A stretch of 39,557 nt of DNA from a virus (IMGVR_UViG_3300029875_000298), one strand, 5' to 3'. Positions 8,867 to 16,933 are shown, counted from the stretch's first letter. Notes: generated by a model not told the origin, from the letters alone. Numbers and translations: made by a program.

Positions 8867-9094
8867 ATGTTGAAAACCGATGCTATAGCTTTTTTTGGCA
8901 GCAAAACGAAGCTCGCGAATGCTGCAGGGGTGAGGCTGGCAAGCATTGCTGCATGGGGGGAACTGGTTCCTGAAGGCCGCGCGATGCGCCTGCAGGAGGC
9001 ATCCGGCGGGGAGCTTCAGTACGACCCCAACGTTTATGACGAATATCGTAAGGCAAAGCGAGCAGGGAAGGTGATTCATGAAAATCAGGCATGA
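8867..9094 (+). CDS. ydaS: Cro/YdaS-like small DNA-binding protein, 75 aa
   Basis: First gene of the rightward operon, divergent from the repressor; strong RBS. Assignment to YdaS is positional plus partial recollection. Confidence 0.6.
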   Translation: MLKTDAIAFFGSKTKLANAAGVRLASIAAWGELVPEGRAMRLQEASGGELQYDPNVYDEYRKAKRAGKVIHENQA

Positions 9095-9500
9095 GCACAT
9101 CGAATCAGTGCTGTTAGCCCTGGCAGCCGAAAAAGGGCAGGCGTGGGTCGCTAACGCAATTACTGAAGAATATCTGCGCCAGGGGGGCGGCGAATTACCC
9201 CTGGTACCAGGCAAGGACTGGAACAATCAGCAGAATATCTATCACCGCTGGTTGAAAGGTGAAACGGAAGCGCAAAGGGAAAAAATTCAGAAACTGATCC
9301 CTGCAATTCTGGCAATCCTTCCGCGCGAGCTGCGCCACCGACTCAGCATCTTCGATACCTTGGAACGCCGTGCATTACTGGCGGCGCAGGAAGCGTTGAG
9401 TACGGCAATTGATGCGCATGATGATGCAGTCCAGGCCGTTTACCGGAAAGCGCATTTCAGCGGTGGTGGGTCGTCCGACGATTCTGTCATTGTTCATTAA
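9078..9500 (+). CDS. ydaT: YdaT-like protein, 140 aa (reported toxic partner of YdaS in Rac)
   Basis: 140-aa ORF overlapping the ydaS end by 17 nt, same length as K-12 YdaT; second gene of the rightward operon. Confidence 0.65.
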   Translation: MKIRHEHIESVLLALAAEKGQAWVANAITEEYLRQGGGELPLVPGKDWNNQQNIYHRWLKGETEAQREKIQKLIPAILAILPRELRHRLSIFDTLERRALLAAQEALSTAIDAHDDAVQAVYRKAHFSGGGSSDDSVIVH

Positions 9501-9512
9501 GCAAAAGTTTTC

Positions 9513-10370
9513 ATGCTGTTTGTGCTTATTCTAAGCAACCGGGCAGCATCATACGGGGCAATTATGGCCGCATTACCATACATGCAACTGTACATAGCTG
9601 ATTACCTGGCTGACACCATGCATTTGTCAGCAGAGGAGCACGGTGCGTATTTGTTGCTGATGTTCAATTACTGGCAAACAGGAAAGCCAATACCCAAAAA
9701 CAGGCTGGCAAAAATTGCCCGTCTGACTAACGAGCGATGGGCTGATGTTGAACCATCCTTGCGGGAGTTTTTTTGCGATAACGGCGAGGAATGGGTGCAT
9801 CTTCGGATTGAGGAAGATCTGGCATCAGTCAGGGAAAAATTAACCAAAAAATCAGCCGCAGGAAAAGCATCTGTTCAGGCCAGAAGAAGCAGAAAGGAAG
9901 CAGATGTTCAAACAAAACAAGAGAGAAATTTAACAGGTGTTCAAACAGATGTTGAAGTGGTGTTTGAACATGATGTCAACACAAAGGCAACTAATAAAGA
10001 TACAGATAAAGATCTAAAAACAGATCCCCCCCTAAATCCCCCCCGGGGGAATCGAGGTGTCAAAAAGTTTGACCCTCTGGATATTGCTTTGCCGAACTGG
10101 ATTTCTGTCTCGCTTTGGCGTGAGTGGGTTGAATTTCGCCAGGCATTGCGTAAACCGATTCGAACGGAGCAGGGCGCTAACGGGGCGATACGGGAGCTGG
10201 AAAAATTCCGCCAGCAGGGTTTTTCACCTGAGCAGGTGATTCGACACAGCATCGCCAATGAATACCAGGGCCTGTTCGCGCCGAAAGGTGTTCGACCTGA
10301 GACGTTACTCCGACAGGTTAACACCGTCTCGTCACCGGATAGTGCGATCCCGCCAGGCTTCAGGGGGTAA
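9513..10370 (+). CDS. ydaU: replication protein YdaU-like (DUF1376, lambda O position), 285 aa
   Basis: 285-aa ORF matching the length and position of K-12 YdaU; lies directly upstream of the DnaC-like loader. Confidence 0.65.
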   Translation: MLFVLILSNRAASYGAIMAALPYMQLYIADYLADTMHLSAEEHGAYLLLMFNYWQTGKPIPKNRLAKIARLTNERWADVEPSLREFFCDNGEEWVHLRIEEDLASVREKLTKKSAAGKASVQARRSRKEADVQTKQERNLTGVQTDVEVVFEHDVNTKATNKDTDKDLKTDPPLNPPRGNRGVKKFDPLDIALPNWISVSLWREWVEFRQALRKPIRTEQGANGAIRELEKFRQQGFSPEQVIRHSIANEYQGLFAPKGVRPETLLRQVNTVSSPDSAIPPGFRG

Positions 10371-10376
10371 CTGATC

Positions 10377-11123
10377 ATGAAAAATATTGCGACAGGCGGC
10401 GTTCTTGAACGTATCCGCAGGCTGGCCCCGCCACATGTAACCGCGCCATTCAGAACGGTAGCGGAGTGGCGCGAGTGGCAACTTGCTGAAGGCCAGAAAC
10501 GTAGCGAGGAGATCAACCGCCTGAATCGCCAATTGCGGGTGGAAAAAATTCTGAATCGCTCAGGCATCCAGCCGTTGCACCGTAAATGCTCGTTTGCGAA
10601 TTACCGGGTGCAGAACGACGGTCAGCGATACGCGTTGAGCCAGGCGAAATCTATCGCTGATGAACTGATGACCGGGTGTACAAATTTTGCGTTCAGCGGA
10701 AAACCTGGTACTGGAAAAAACCATCTGGCGGCGGCTATCGGGAATCGCCTGCTGAAAGATGGTCAGACAGTGATTGTGGTTACCGTGGCTGATGTCATGA
10801 GTGCTCTACACGCCAGCTATGACGACGGGCAATCAGGCGAAAAATTTTTGCGGGAACTGTGCCAAGTGGATCTGCTGGTTCTTGATGAAATTGGCATTCA
10901 GCGCGAGACAAAAAACGAGCAGGTGGTGCTGCACCAGATTGTTGATCGCCGGACAGCGTCGATGCGCAGCGTGGGGATGCTGACAAACCTGAACTATGAG
11001 GCCATGAAAACATTGCTCGGCGAGCGGATTATGGATCGCATGACCATGAACGGCGGGCGATGGGTGAATTTTAACTGGGAGAGCTGGCGTCCGAATGTCG
11101 TCCAGCCAGGAATTGCGAAGTGA
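10377..11123 (+). CDS. ydaV: DnaC/IstB-like AAA+ helicase loader (YdaV), 248 aa
   Basis: Walker [16 protein letters not shown] and Walker [10 protein letters not shown] motifs; 248 aa as in K-12 YdaV. Confidence 0.85.
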   Translation: MKNIATGGVLERIRRLAPPHVTAPFRTVAEWREWQLAEGQKRSEEINRLNRQLRVEKILNRSGIQPLHRKCSFANYRVQNDGQRYALSQAKSIADELMTGCTNFAFSGKPGTGKNHLAAAIGNRLLKDGQTVIVVTVADVMSALHASYDDGQSGEKFLRELCQVDLLVLDEIGIQRETKNEQVVLHQIVDRRTASMRSVGMLTNLNYEAMKTLLGERIMDRMTMNGGRWVNFNWESWRPNVVQPGIAK

Positions 11124-11145
11124 TTTTTACCGGGAGGAAATTTTA

Positions 11146-11892
11146 ATGGAAACCGTTTTTGATGCACTGAAAGCAATGGGAAAAGCCACGTCGGTAGAAC
11201 TGGCTGCGCGACTTGATATCAGTCGTGAAGAAGTGCTGAACGAGCTGTGGGAACTTAAAAAGGCTGGCTTCGTTGATAAAAGCGTATACACCTGGCGTGT
11301 GGCTGATAACAACGTTCAGCAGGAACAGCCAGAGCAGGCAGAACTGCCGGAAGAAACCACCACGGCAACAGTAGCGAAAATCTCAGAGTGCGATTTAACC
11401 GCGACGATTGAACAACGTGGCCCACAAACGGCGGATGAACTGGCTACGTTTTTCGGCACCACATCACGCAAAGTGGCTTCAACGCTGGCAATGGCAATCA
11501 GCAAAGGCCGTCTGATTCGCGTTAATCAGAACGGTAAATTTCGTTACTGCATACCGGGCGATAATTTACCAGCAGAGCCGAAAGCTGCATCGGTAACGGA
11601 AACTGATTTTAAAGCCTTTCCTCAGCCAGCAGGTGTTGCGTTACCGGCACCGAAAGATATTAAAACAGAAACGGTGGCGGACATTGTGCAGTCGCTGCCA
11701 TCGTTTACTGAAACGCGAGCGGATGACCTAGTTTTACCATCGCTGCATATGGCAAACCGCGAACTGCGTCGGGCGAAAAATCATGTCCAGAAGTGGGAGC
11801 GAGTCTGCGCCGCGCTGCGGGAGCTGAACAAGCACCGGGATATTGTTCGACAGATTTTCGATTCCTCCAGTCGTATTGTGTCGGAAAAGTGA
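11146..11892 (+). CDS. putative winged-helix DNA-binding protein (YdaW-like position), 248 aa
   Basis: ATG at 11146 preceded by GGGAGG; N-terminal region [43 protein letters not shown] looks like a wHTH. The ORF track starts earlier at 11095, overlapping ydaV. Confidence 0.45.
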   Translation: METVFDALKAMGKATSVELAARLDISREEVLNELWELKKAGFVDKSVYTWRVADNNVQQEQPEQAELPEETTTATVAKISECDLTATIEQRGPQTADELATFFGTTSRKVASTLAMAISKGRLIRVNQNGKFRYCIPGDNLPAEPKAASVTETDFKAFPQPAGVALPAPKDIKTETVADIVQSLPSFTETRADDLVLPSLHMANRELRRAKNHVQKWERVCAALRELNKHRDIVRQIFDSSSRIVSEK

Positions 11893-11907
11893 TTGCCGGA
11901 GGCACCT

Positions 11908-12330
11908 ATGGCAAAAGTATTTACACCAGAAGAGCGGGAAAAAATTAAAGGGCAGGTTGTTGAACTTGTACGTCTGAGCGGTCGCGAGACGTTACGGCAA
12001 CTGGAAGCGAAAACAGGTGCGACAAGATATCTGATGAGTGTTCTCGCCAGAGAGCTGGTCGCCAGTGGTGATGTTTACAATTCAGGCTACGGATTATTCC
12101 CGTCTGAGCAGGCGCGTAAAGACTGGCAAAACGCCCGCAAAAAACTATCAAGGGCAAAGGTGAAGAAACCGGTTGTGGTTGATCCTGACCTTATCTGGTC
12201 ATTACCAGACGGAGAAATACGTCGTTACAACAGACGACAGAATATAATCTGTCGCGAGTGCCGGAAAAGCGAAGCTATGCAGCGAGTGCTGGCGTTTTAT
12301 CAGGGGAAATTTCAGGAGGTGATGCTGTGA
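11908..12330 (+). CDS. hypothetical phage protein, 140 aa
   Basis: ATG at 11908 with GGAGG upstream; basic C-terminal region with a CxxC pair (CRECRK). No family recognised. Confidence 0.4.
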   Translation: MAKVFTPEEREKIKGQVVELVRLSGRETLRQLEAKTGATRYLMSVLARELVASGDVYNSGYGLFPSEQARKDWQNARKKLSRAKVKKPVVVDPDLIWSLPDGEIRRYNRRQNIICRECRKSEAMQRVLAFYQGKFQEVML

Positions 12331-12581
12331 GCGAATCAAAATGTCAGGTTAATGGCAATCAGATAGAACCATGTGCGGTACTGGCAAAAGCCCTTGAGCA
12401 TGATGCTGAATACACGACGCGAAAAGGTCTGCTGATATACAAAATCTGGAATGAGAATTTAACTCGCGCCCCTGATTTGGTGACGTTGCGTTCCGGTGAA
12501 TTTTCTAAATCACCAGTTCGGGTTTCATTTTGCCCGTTCTGCGGTGAAAGTCTGAAAACGTGGGAGAACAGAAATGAATGA
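12327..12581 (+). CDS. hypothetical small protein with C-terminal CPFCG zinc-ribbon-like motif, about 84 aa
   Basis: Open frame with GTG at 12327 overlapping the upstream stop (GTGA), GGAGGTG upstream. C-terminus SFCPFCGESLKTW resembles the CPFCG motif of Lar/RalR. Start is uncertain; the ORF track calls 12258. Confidence 0.35.
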   Translation: MSESKCQVNGNQIEPCAVLAKALEHDAEYTTRKGLLIYKIWNENLTRAPDLVTLRSGEFSKSPVRVSFCPFCGESLKTWENRNE

Positions 12582-12885
12582 AATTAGAGAAATACCAGTA
12601 GAACGTGATGAATATGGCTGCTGGACACATCCTGAATATGAAAAATTCTGTGACGGTCGGGAATATATTTCAACGGAAGAGTTTAACGCCTGGATGGAGG
12701 AAAATAATCTTCAATACGTCCTCTGCTTCAGAGATGAAGGATGTGCTGACCTTGATGCGTGTGATGCTGATATTTCTGCATGGGAACCGGAACGACCAGA
12801 GGGCAATGGATGGTTTATTGGTTCAATACATGACACCGAAGATGGCCCGGTTTGTGTCTGGTTGCGAAATAAGGCTGAAGCATAA
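12574..12885 (+). CDS. hypothetical phage protein, 103 aa, acidic and Cys-containing
   Basis: ATG overlaps the upstream stop (ATGAATGA); GGGAGA RBS; followed at once by a terminator-like hairpin. No family recognised. Confidence 0.45.
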   Translation: MNEIREIPVERDEYGCWTHPEYEKFCDGREYISTEEFNAWMEENNLQYVLCFRDEGCADLDACDADISAWEPERPEGNGWFIGSIHDTEDGPVCVWLRNKAEA

Positions 12886-12892
12886 AGGTGAT

Positions 12893-12944
12893 AAACCACC
12901 TGATAACAAAACACTGAAAATTTAAATCAGAAGTGGTTTTTATT
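12893..12944 (+). terminator. putative intrinsic terminator closing the rightward early operon
   Basis: Imperfect inverted repeat AAACCACCTGAT ... ATCAGAAGTGGTTT followed by TTTTATT, starting 8 nt after the stop at 12885. Confidence 0.4.
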
Positions 12945-13090
12945 AAATCCTTAACCGGAGGGATTTCTGCACCCTCAAAACATCAGGAGGCCGCCCGAAA
13001 GGGCGGTGAGAAAATATAAATAAAACACGATGATTATTACGCTTAAAGAAATCAGGAAGTGAAATGGGGTGTTAGATGTTGCAAACTGTT

Positions 13091-13552
13091 TTATTTGTTT
13101 TGTAATGCTTTTTTTACAACCATAATCATAGAGCTAATGACCTCCAGTGTTATATTTAATGATAATGCAATGGATAATATTTCAAACGTGGTAAATAATC
13201 GCGCTCTTGACATAAAAAACTCCCATTTTGGATATTCTAGCAAAGGTATGTTCATCTCCCTTAAATAAGGAATAAAAACGGATGCACCAAGACAAAAAAT
13301 CAGGATTTTCAAATCTGATTCCAGCTTGACAAAATAATCATCAAATACATGTTTATTATTTTGAGGGCAGATGTTGATTAGCATGCTAAAAATTACTGAT
13401 ATACCAGCGATGATGCCACCTAAGGTGGCACCAATAATACCAGCTGAAGACTGTTCGATTATAGAGTAAGTGTTTTTATCCTCTGAGGAAAAAATAAAGC
13501 AAATTACACCAAGAACAATTAGTCTCACCATCAAGGTTGCTAGTTTTTGCAT
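13091..13552 (-). CDS. small integral membrane protein, 153 aa, about four predicted TM helices; second gene of the candidate accessory cassette
   Basis: Hydrophobic segments LMVRLIVLGVICFIF, AGIIGATLGGIIAGISVIFSMLI, ILIFCLGASVFIPYL, FTTFEILSIALSLNITLEVISSMIMVV; start overlaps the upstream gene stop by 13 nt; AT-rich. No family recognised. Confidence 0.6.
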   Translation of the reverse strand: MQKLATLMVRLIVLGVICFIFSSEDKNTYSIIEQSSAGIIGATLGGIIAGISVIFSMLINICPQNNKHVFDDYFVKLESDLKILIFCLGASVFIPYLREMNIPLLEYPKWEFFMSRARLFTTFEILSIALSLNITLEVISSMIMVVKKALQNK

Positions 13553-14424
13553 TTTTCAAACCGATAATCTTTTCTTACTAGGGAAATAATGTCCTTTACG
13601 TCATTTGCAGAATAACCACTTAATGTGCATTCTGAAAGAGAACCATCTACAAAAATTAATTTTGCTGTAGGCTCACTATTTAAAGTAATACTTTTGGCTG
13701 TAGGACTCTTTTTCCCTTTTATCTGCCAACTTCCTCCGCCATCATTAGTCCAATCAACTAAAACATTTGCCCATGTGGAATCACGAAGATTAAGATTTCC
13801 ATCTTTATTTTCAAATGTTGTGGTTAGAGCAGTAGCATTGGTATCATCTTCTATTTTGTTTAAGGCGTCTGTTAGTGCTTTTTTACTATCCCCAAAAATA
13901 TTTGGCATAACAAGAGCAAATGTCACTTGCTCAATATGCCTTAACTTGTCATATTCAACCCAAAAGTTGTCCTTCTCCAGACAAGGTTCAATAAATATGC
14001 GTAATCCTTTTTCGACGAGGTAATCATTGTTAGATAATTCCTCAAACATCATTGCCGCATTGTGAGCACTTTTAAAAACAGTGGTTTTTCGTTCAATTAA
14101 AATAACTTGTTCTTGACGATCCCATAACCATACTACAGGAGGGAAACTTGGAACATTGTATTCTTGAAAGTCCTCATTGTAACCATGCAGTTTCTTTTGT
14201 TTCGAAATCAAACCTGCCATGACGCCATCAGTCGGGGCGACAGAAAGTTTTAATCTATACTGCCAGTTTTTATGGACAGATGGTGTTTGTGACACTCGTT
14301 TTATATTTTTTGATGCGTGAACGATCGCTTGCTCGAAGTGTTCAATACATCGCTCTTCGCCACTATGCTGAAACAAATCTGGATCTCTGGGCTTTAATAG
14401 TACGCGTAAAGCAAAAAAATACAT
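13540..14424 (-). CDS. hypothetical soluble protein, 294 aa; first gene of the candidate accessory cassette
   Basis: ATG at 14424 with GGAGA 6 nt upstream and a sigma70-like promoter just upstream; the ORF track extends to a GTG at 14460 that would overlap the predicted -10. Possible hydrophobic-D ... ExK arrangement (VVWLWD ... VILIERK). No family recognised. Confidence 0.6.
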   Translation of the reverse strand: MYFFALRVLLKPRDPDLFQHSGEERCIEHFEQAIVHASKNIKRVSQTPSVHKNWQYRLKLSVAPTDGVMAGLISKQKKLHGYNEDFQEYNVPSFPPVVWLWDRQEQVILIERKTTVFKSAHNAAMMFEELSNNDYLVEKGLRIFIEPCLEKDNFWVEYDKLRHIEQVTFALVMPNIFGDSKKALTDALNKIEDDTNATALTTTFENKDGNLNLRDSTWANVLVDWTNDGGGSWQIKGKKSPTAKSITLNSEPTAKLIFVDGSLSECTLSGYSANDVKDIISLVRKDYRFEKCKN

Positions 14425-14452
14425 TGAGAATCTCCATATAAAGTTTACCGCT

Positions 14453-14480
14453 ATTATCACTATTCCGAGGAAACATTCAA
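14453..14480 (-). promoter_or_regulatory. putative sigma70 promoter for the minus-strand two-gene cassette
   Basis: On the minus strand: TTGAAT (plus 14475-14480), 16-nt spacer, GATAAT (plus 14453-14458), then about 25 nt to GGAGA and the ATG at 14424. Confidence 0.45.
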
Positions 14481-14504
14481 TGGGGGGGCTTCAAACTAAA
14501 ATTG

Positions 14505-14533
14505 TTGGCAGCAACATGTCCGATAGGTAGAAT
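14505..14533 (+). promoter_or_regulatory. putative hok/mok mRNA promoter
   Basis: -35 TTGGCA (14505-14510), 17-nt spacer, -10 TAGAAT (14528-14533); predicted transcript from about 14540 to the terminator at 14960 is about 420 nt, close to the roughly 400-nt hok mRNA of plasmid R1. Confidence 0.45.
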
Positions 14534-14589
14534 TGCTGCGGGTGCTTGAGGCTATCTGCCTCGGGCATGCCACCAAAGGCAGATAGATA

Positions 14590-14670
14590 GAGAAAAGCCC
14601 CAGTTAACATTACGCGTCCGGCAAGACGCTTAACATTAATCTGAGGCCAATTTCATGCTTTGCACATGTA
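14590..14670 (-). ncRNA. sok: predicted Sok-like antisense RNA (approximate position, inferred from locus architecture)
   Basis: hok/mok loci carry a short antisense RNA over the mok translation-initiation region; a weak minus-strand promoter candidate (TTGCCT-17 nt-TAACCT) lies just inside the mok 5' end. Boundaries were not resolved. Confidence 0.3.
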
Positions 14671-14867
14671 GGTTAGCCTCTTACGTGCCGAAAGGCAAGG
14701 AGAAGCAGACTATGAAGCAGCAAAAGGCGATGTTAATCGCCCTGATCGTCATCTGTTTAACCGTCATAGTGACGGCACTGGTAACGAGGAAAGACCTCTG
14801 CGAGGTACGAATCCGAACCGGGCAGACGGAGGTCGCTGTCTTCGTAGACTACGAATCTAGAGAGTAA
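14655..14867 (+). CDS. mok: Mok (modulation of killing) reading frame, 70 aa, in frame with and containing hok
   Basis: MLCTCRLASYVPKGKEKQT extension upstream of and in frame with Hok, as in chromosomal hok/mok loci. Confidence 0.7.
   Translation: MLCTCRLASYVPKGKEKQTMKQQKAMLIALIVICLTVIVTALVTRKDLCEVRIRTGQTEVAVFVDYESRE
14712..14867 (+). CDS. hok: Hok/Gef-family type I toxin, 51 aa
   Basis: MKQQKAMLIALIVICLTVIVTALVTRKDLCEVRIRTGQTEVAVFVDYESRE: single TM helix plus the conserved KDLCEV.IRTGQTEVAVF core of Hok/Gef proteins. Confidence 0.85.
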   Translation: MKQQKAMLIALIVICLTVIVTALVTRKDLCEVRIRTGQTEVAVFVDYESRE

Positions 14868-14937
14868 GAGTGACCAGGCGGGAGAGTAATCTCCCGCCAC
14901 CTCTGATGTGTCAGGCATCCTCAATGCACCCACACTT

Positions 14938-14960
14938 AACCCGCTTCGGCGGGTTTTTGT
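14938..14960 (+). terminator. intrinsic terminator at the hok mRNA 3' end
   Basis: CCCGC-TTCG-GCGGG hairpin followed by TTTTTGTTTTT. Confidence 0.65.
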
Positions 14961-15089
14961 TTTTATTTTCAACGCGTTTGAAGTTTTGGATAGTGCCGGA
15001 ATAGAATCAAAAATACTTAAGTAGCGCGCAGGGAGAAGAGGGATGGACCCCGAACAGGGGAGTGCTATTTATCTGGAAGGATTCTGTTG

Positions 15090-15350
15090 ATGAAAATCGA
15101 AGAATTGCGTGAAATTTTTAGTGAAAATGGCCTCTATACTGTGCGCGTTGAGAATGGCGCTATTGTCAGTCACTGCCGTATTAAATGTTTACAGTCTCAA
15201 CAAAGGAAGAGTGGAGCTGCGTTATTTTATTTTTGTAATGGACTTCTGACGGACGGTTTTATTTTGCGTGAGGACGAATTTGTCACATCATTAGGGGTTT
15301 TGAAAGAGATTGGTTTTAAGGCTGGTTTTTCTGCTTTTGCTGAAGAATAA
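15090..15350 (+). CDS. hypothetical protein, 86 aa, four Cys
   Basis: ATG at 15090 with GGAAGG 8 nt upstream; no family recognised. Confidence 0.4.
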   Translation: MKIEELREIFSENGLYTVRVENGAIVSHCRIKCLQSQQRKSGAALFYFCNGLLTDGFILREDEFVTSLGVLKEIGFKAGFSAFAEE

Positions 15351-15416
15351 ACTCATCTACAATCTTGAGCAGGATTGAACTCCTGCTGAGTAACACCGTG
15401 CCACCGGAGAAAGCCG

Positions 15417-16016
15417 ATGGCACATATACAACTGGTCAAACAAACCTCTTCCGGATTACTTCTCCCGGCGACGCCGGAGAGTTGTGATTTTCTGCATCAA
15501 ATCAAAATAGGCGAGTGGATACACGCTGATTTTAAGCGCGTTCGTAACTACGCATTCCATAAGCGTTTTTTCAAACTTCTGCAACTCGGATTCGATTACT
15601 GGACTCCGGTCGGTGGGGCGATCACTCCTCGCGAACGAAAACTGGTGTCCGGTTTCGTTGATTATCTGTGTGAATCAGTAGGCCGGGAACATACGCCAGC
15701 TCTGAGCGAAGCCGCAGAGCAATATCTGAATACAGTTGCGACACGCAGAACCCGAGATACAGCATTGCTAAAGTCGTTTGAGGCTTTCCGCGAGTGGGTA
15801 ACCATTCAGGCCGGATTTTACACCGAGCATATTTATCCGGACGGTAGCCGTGGGCGCAGGGCGAAATCCATCTCGTTTGCGAATATGGACGAAACCGAGT
15901 TTCAGCAGGTTTATAAATCTGTGCTGAATGTACTGTGGAACTGGATTCTGTTCCGTAAATTTTCCTCTCCGGAACAAGTCGAAAATGTGGCCGCGCAGCT
16001 ACTGGAGTTTGCGTAA
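15417..16016 (+). CDS. nin-region phage protein (possibly DUF1367-like), 199 aa
   Basis: Lies directly upstream of the YbcO-like and Q-like genes, as in lambdoid nin regions; the family name is from memory and unverified. Confidence 0.5.
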   Translation: MAHIQLVKQTSSGLLLPATPESCDFLHQIKIGEWIHADFKRVRNYAFHKRFFKLLQLGFDYWTPVGGAITPRERKLVSGFVDYLCESVGREHTPALSEAAEQYLNTVATRRTRDTALLKSFEAFREWVTIQAGFYTEHIYPDGSRGRRAKSISFANMDETEFQQVYKSVLNVLWNWILFRKFSSPEQVENVAAQLLEFA

Positions 16017-16306
16017 TGGTGGATTTACGTAAAGCGGCGCGGGGGCAGATGTGCACCGTCAGAATTCCTGGCTACTGCAATCACGATCCGGAAACGTCTG
16101 TGCTGGCGCATTACCGACTGGCGGGAACGTGCGGAACAGCGATAAAGCCACACGATATGCAGGCAGCGATTGCCTGTAGCTCGTGCCACGATTTAATCGA
16201 CGGGCGGGTAAAAACCAGCGATTACACCAAAGAAGAATTACGCCTGATGCATGCAGAAGGTGTTTTTCGCACGCAAGAAATCTGGAGAAAGGAAGGTTAT
16301 TTATGA
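16016..16306 (+). CDS. YbcO-like DUF1364 protein, Cys/His-rich, 96 aa
   Basis: MVDLRKAARGQMCTVRIPGYCNHDPETSVLAHYRL...ACSSCHDLIDGR resembles remembered DLP12 YbcO; start overlaps the upstream stop. Confidence 0.6.
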   Translation: MVDLRKAARGQMCTVRIPGYCNHDPETSVLAHYRLAGTCGTAIKPHDMQAAIACSSCHDLIDGRVKTSDYTKEELRLMHAEGVFRTQEIWRKEGYL

Positions 16307-16839
16307 TTTACCCAACAAATACAGGCAAAAGCGGGGAACACCTTCGTCTCACCACGCTGGAAAGTGTCTGGATTCAGGGAAAACTGCGCATGTGGGGGCG
16401 CTGGTCGTATATTGGCGGCGGTAAGACGGGGAATATGTTTAACCAGTTGCTGGCGTCAAAAAAATTGACGAAAACAGCCATCAATGAAGCCCTGCGCAGA
16501 ATGAAAAAAGCGGGAATAGAGAAAGCTGAGCTGGAAGCGTTTTTGCGAGAGATGATCAACGGCAAGCAAAAGAGCTGGCTGGCGCATTGTACTGATGCAG
16601 AGGCACTAAAAATTGATAGTGTTATAGGTGAAGTTCTGGCGGATCATCCAGGACTACTAAATGTCCTGAGTCAGCGTTATGTGGGGCGAGGGATGAGTAA
16701 GAGAAGGATGGCCGAGTTATTAAACGAACAGTACCCAGAGTGGGCGTTGATTACATGCCGACGTCGTGTTGATCAGTGGTTGCGTGTTGCTGAGTTCATT
16801 TTGTATTCACCTATGAGAGAAGCGTTCGATTATGCTTAA
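16303..16839 (+). CDS. putative late-gene antiterminator (Q-like), 178 aa
   Basis: Last gene before a promoter/terminator pair and the lysis cassette; contains LRMWGRW, reminiscent of the LERWGAW motif of phage 21/82-type Q proteins. ATG overlaps the upstream stop (ATGA). Confidence 0.5.
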   Translation: MIYPTNTGKSGEHLRLTTLESVWIQGKLRMWGRWSYIGGGKTGNMFNQLLASKKLTKTAINEALRRMKKAGIEKAELEAFLREMINGKQKSWLAHCTDAEALKIDSVIGEVLADHPGLLNVLSQRYVGRGMSKRRMAELLNEQYPEWALITCRRRVDQWLRVAEFILYSPMREAFDYA

Positions 16840-16846
16840 AAAATCA

Positions 16847-16875
16847 TTGCAAAATGAGCCACAAACTGCTTCAAT
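16847..16875 (+). promoter_or_regulatory. putative late promoter (pR'-like) immediately downstream of the Q-like gene
   Basis: -35 TTGCAA (16847-16852), 17-nt spacer, -10 TTCAAT (16870-16875); about 60-80 nt upstream of a strong terminator, the lambda pR'-tR' arrangement. Confidence 0.35.
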
Positions 16876-16933
16876 TTCGGTACGCTTCGCATAGCTGTAT
16901 CGCGAGGCAAATTAAGCGCATGAACTTTAATAC

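Noticed and set aside
9941-10567. 208-aa minus-strand ORF antisense to ydaU/ydaV
   Set aside because: Lies antisense across the junction of two well-supported replication genes; Arg/Ser-rich translation typical of a spurious frame.
13059-13268. 69-aa plus-strand ORF antisense to the membrane-protein gene
   Set aside because: Overlaps the 3' end of the minus-strand membrane gene, which has coherent TM helices; no RBS.
15622-16056. 144-aa minus-strand ORF antisense to the nin-region gene
   Set aside because: Fully antisense to a plus-strand gene in a coupled operon; no start-site signals.
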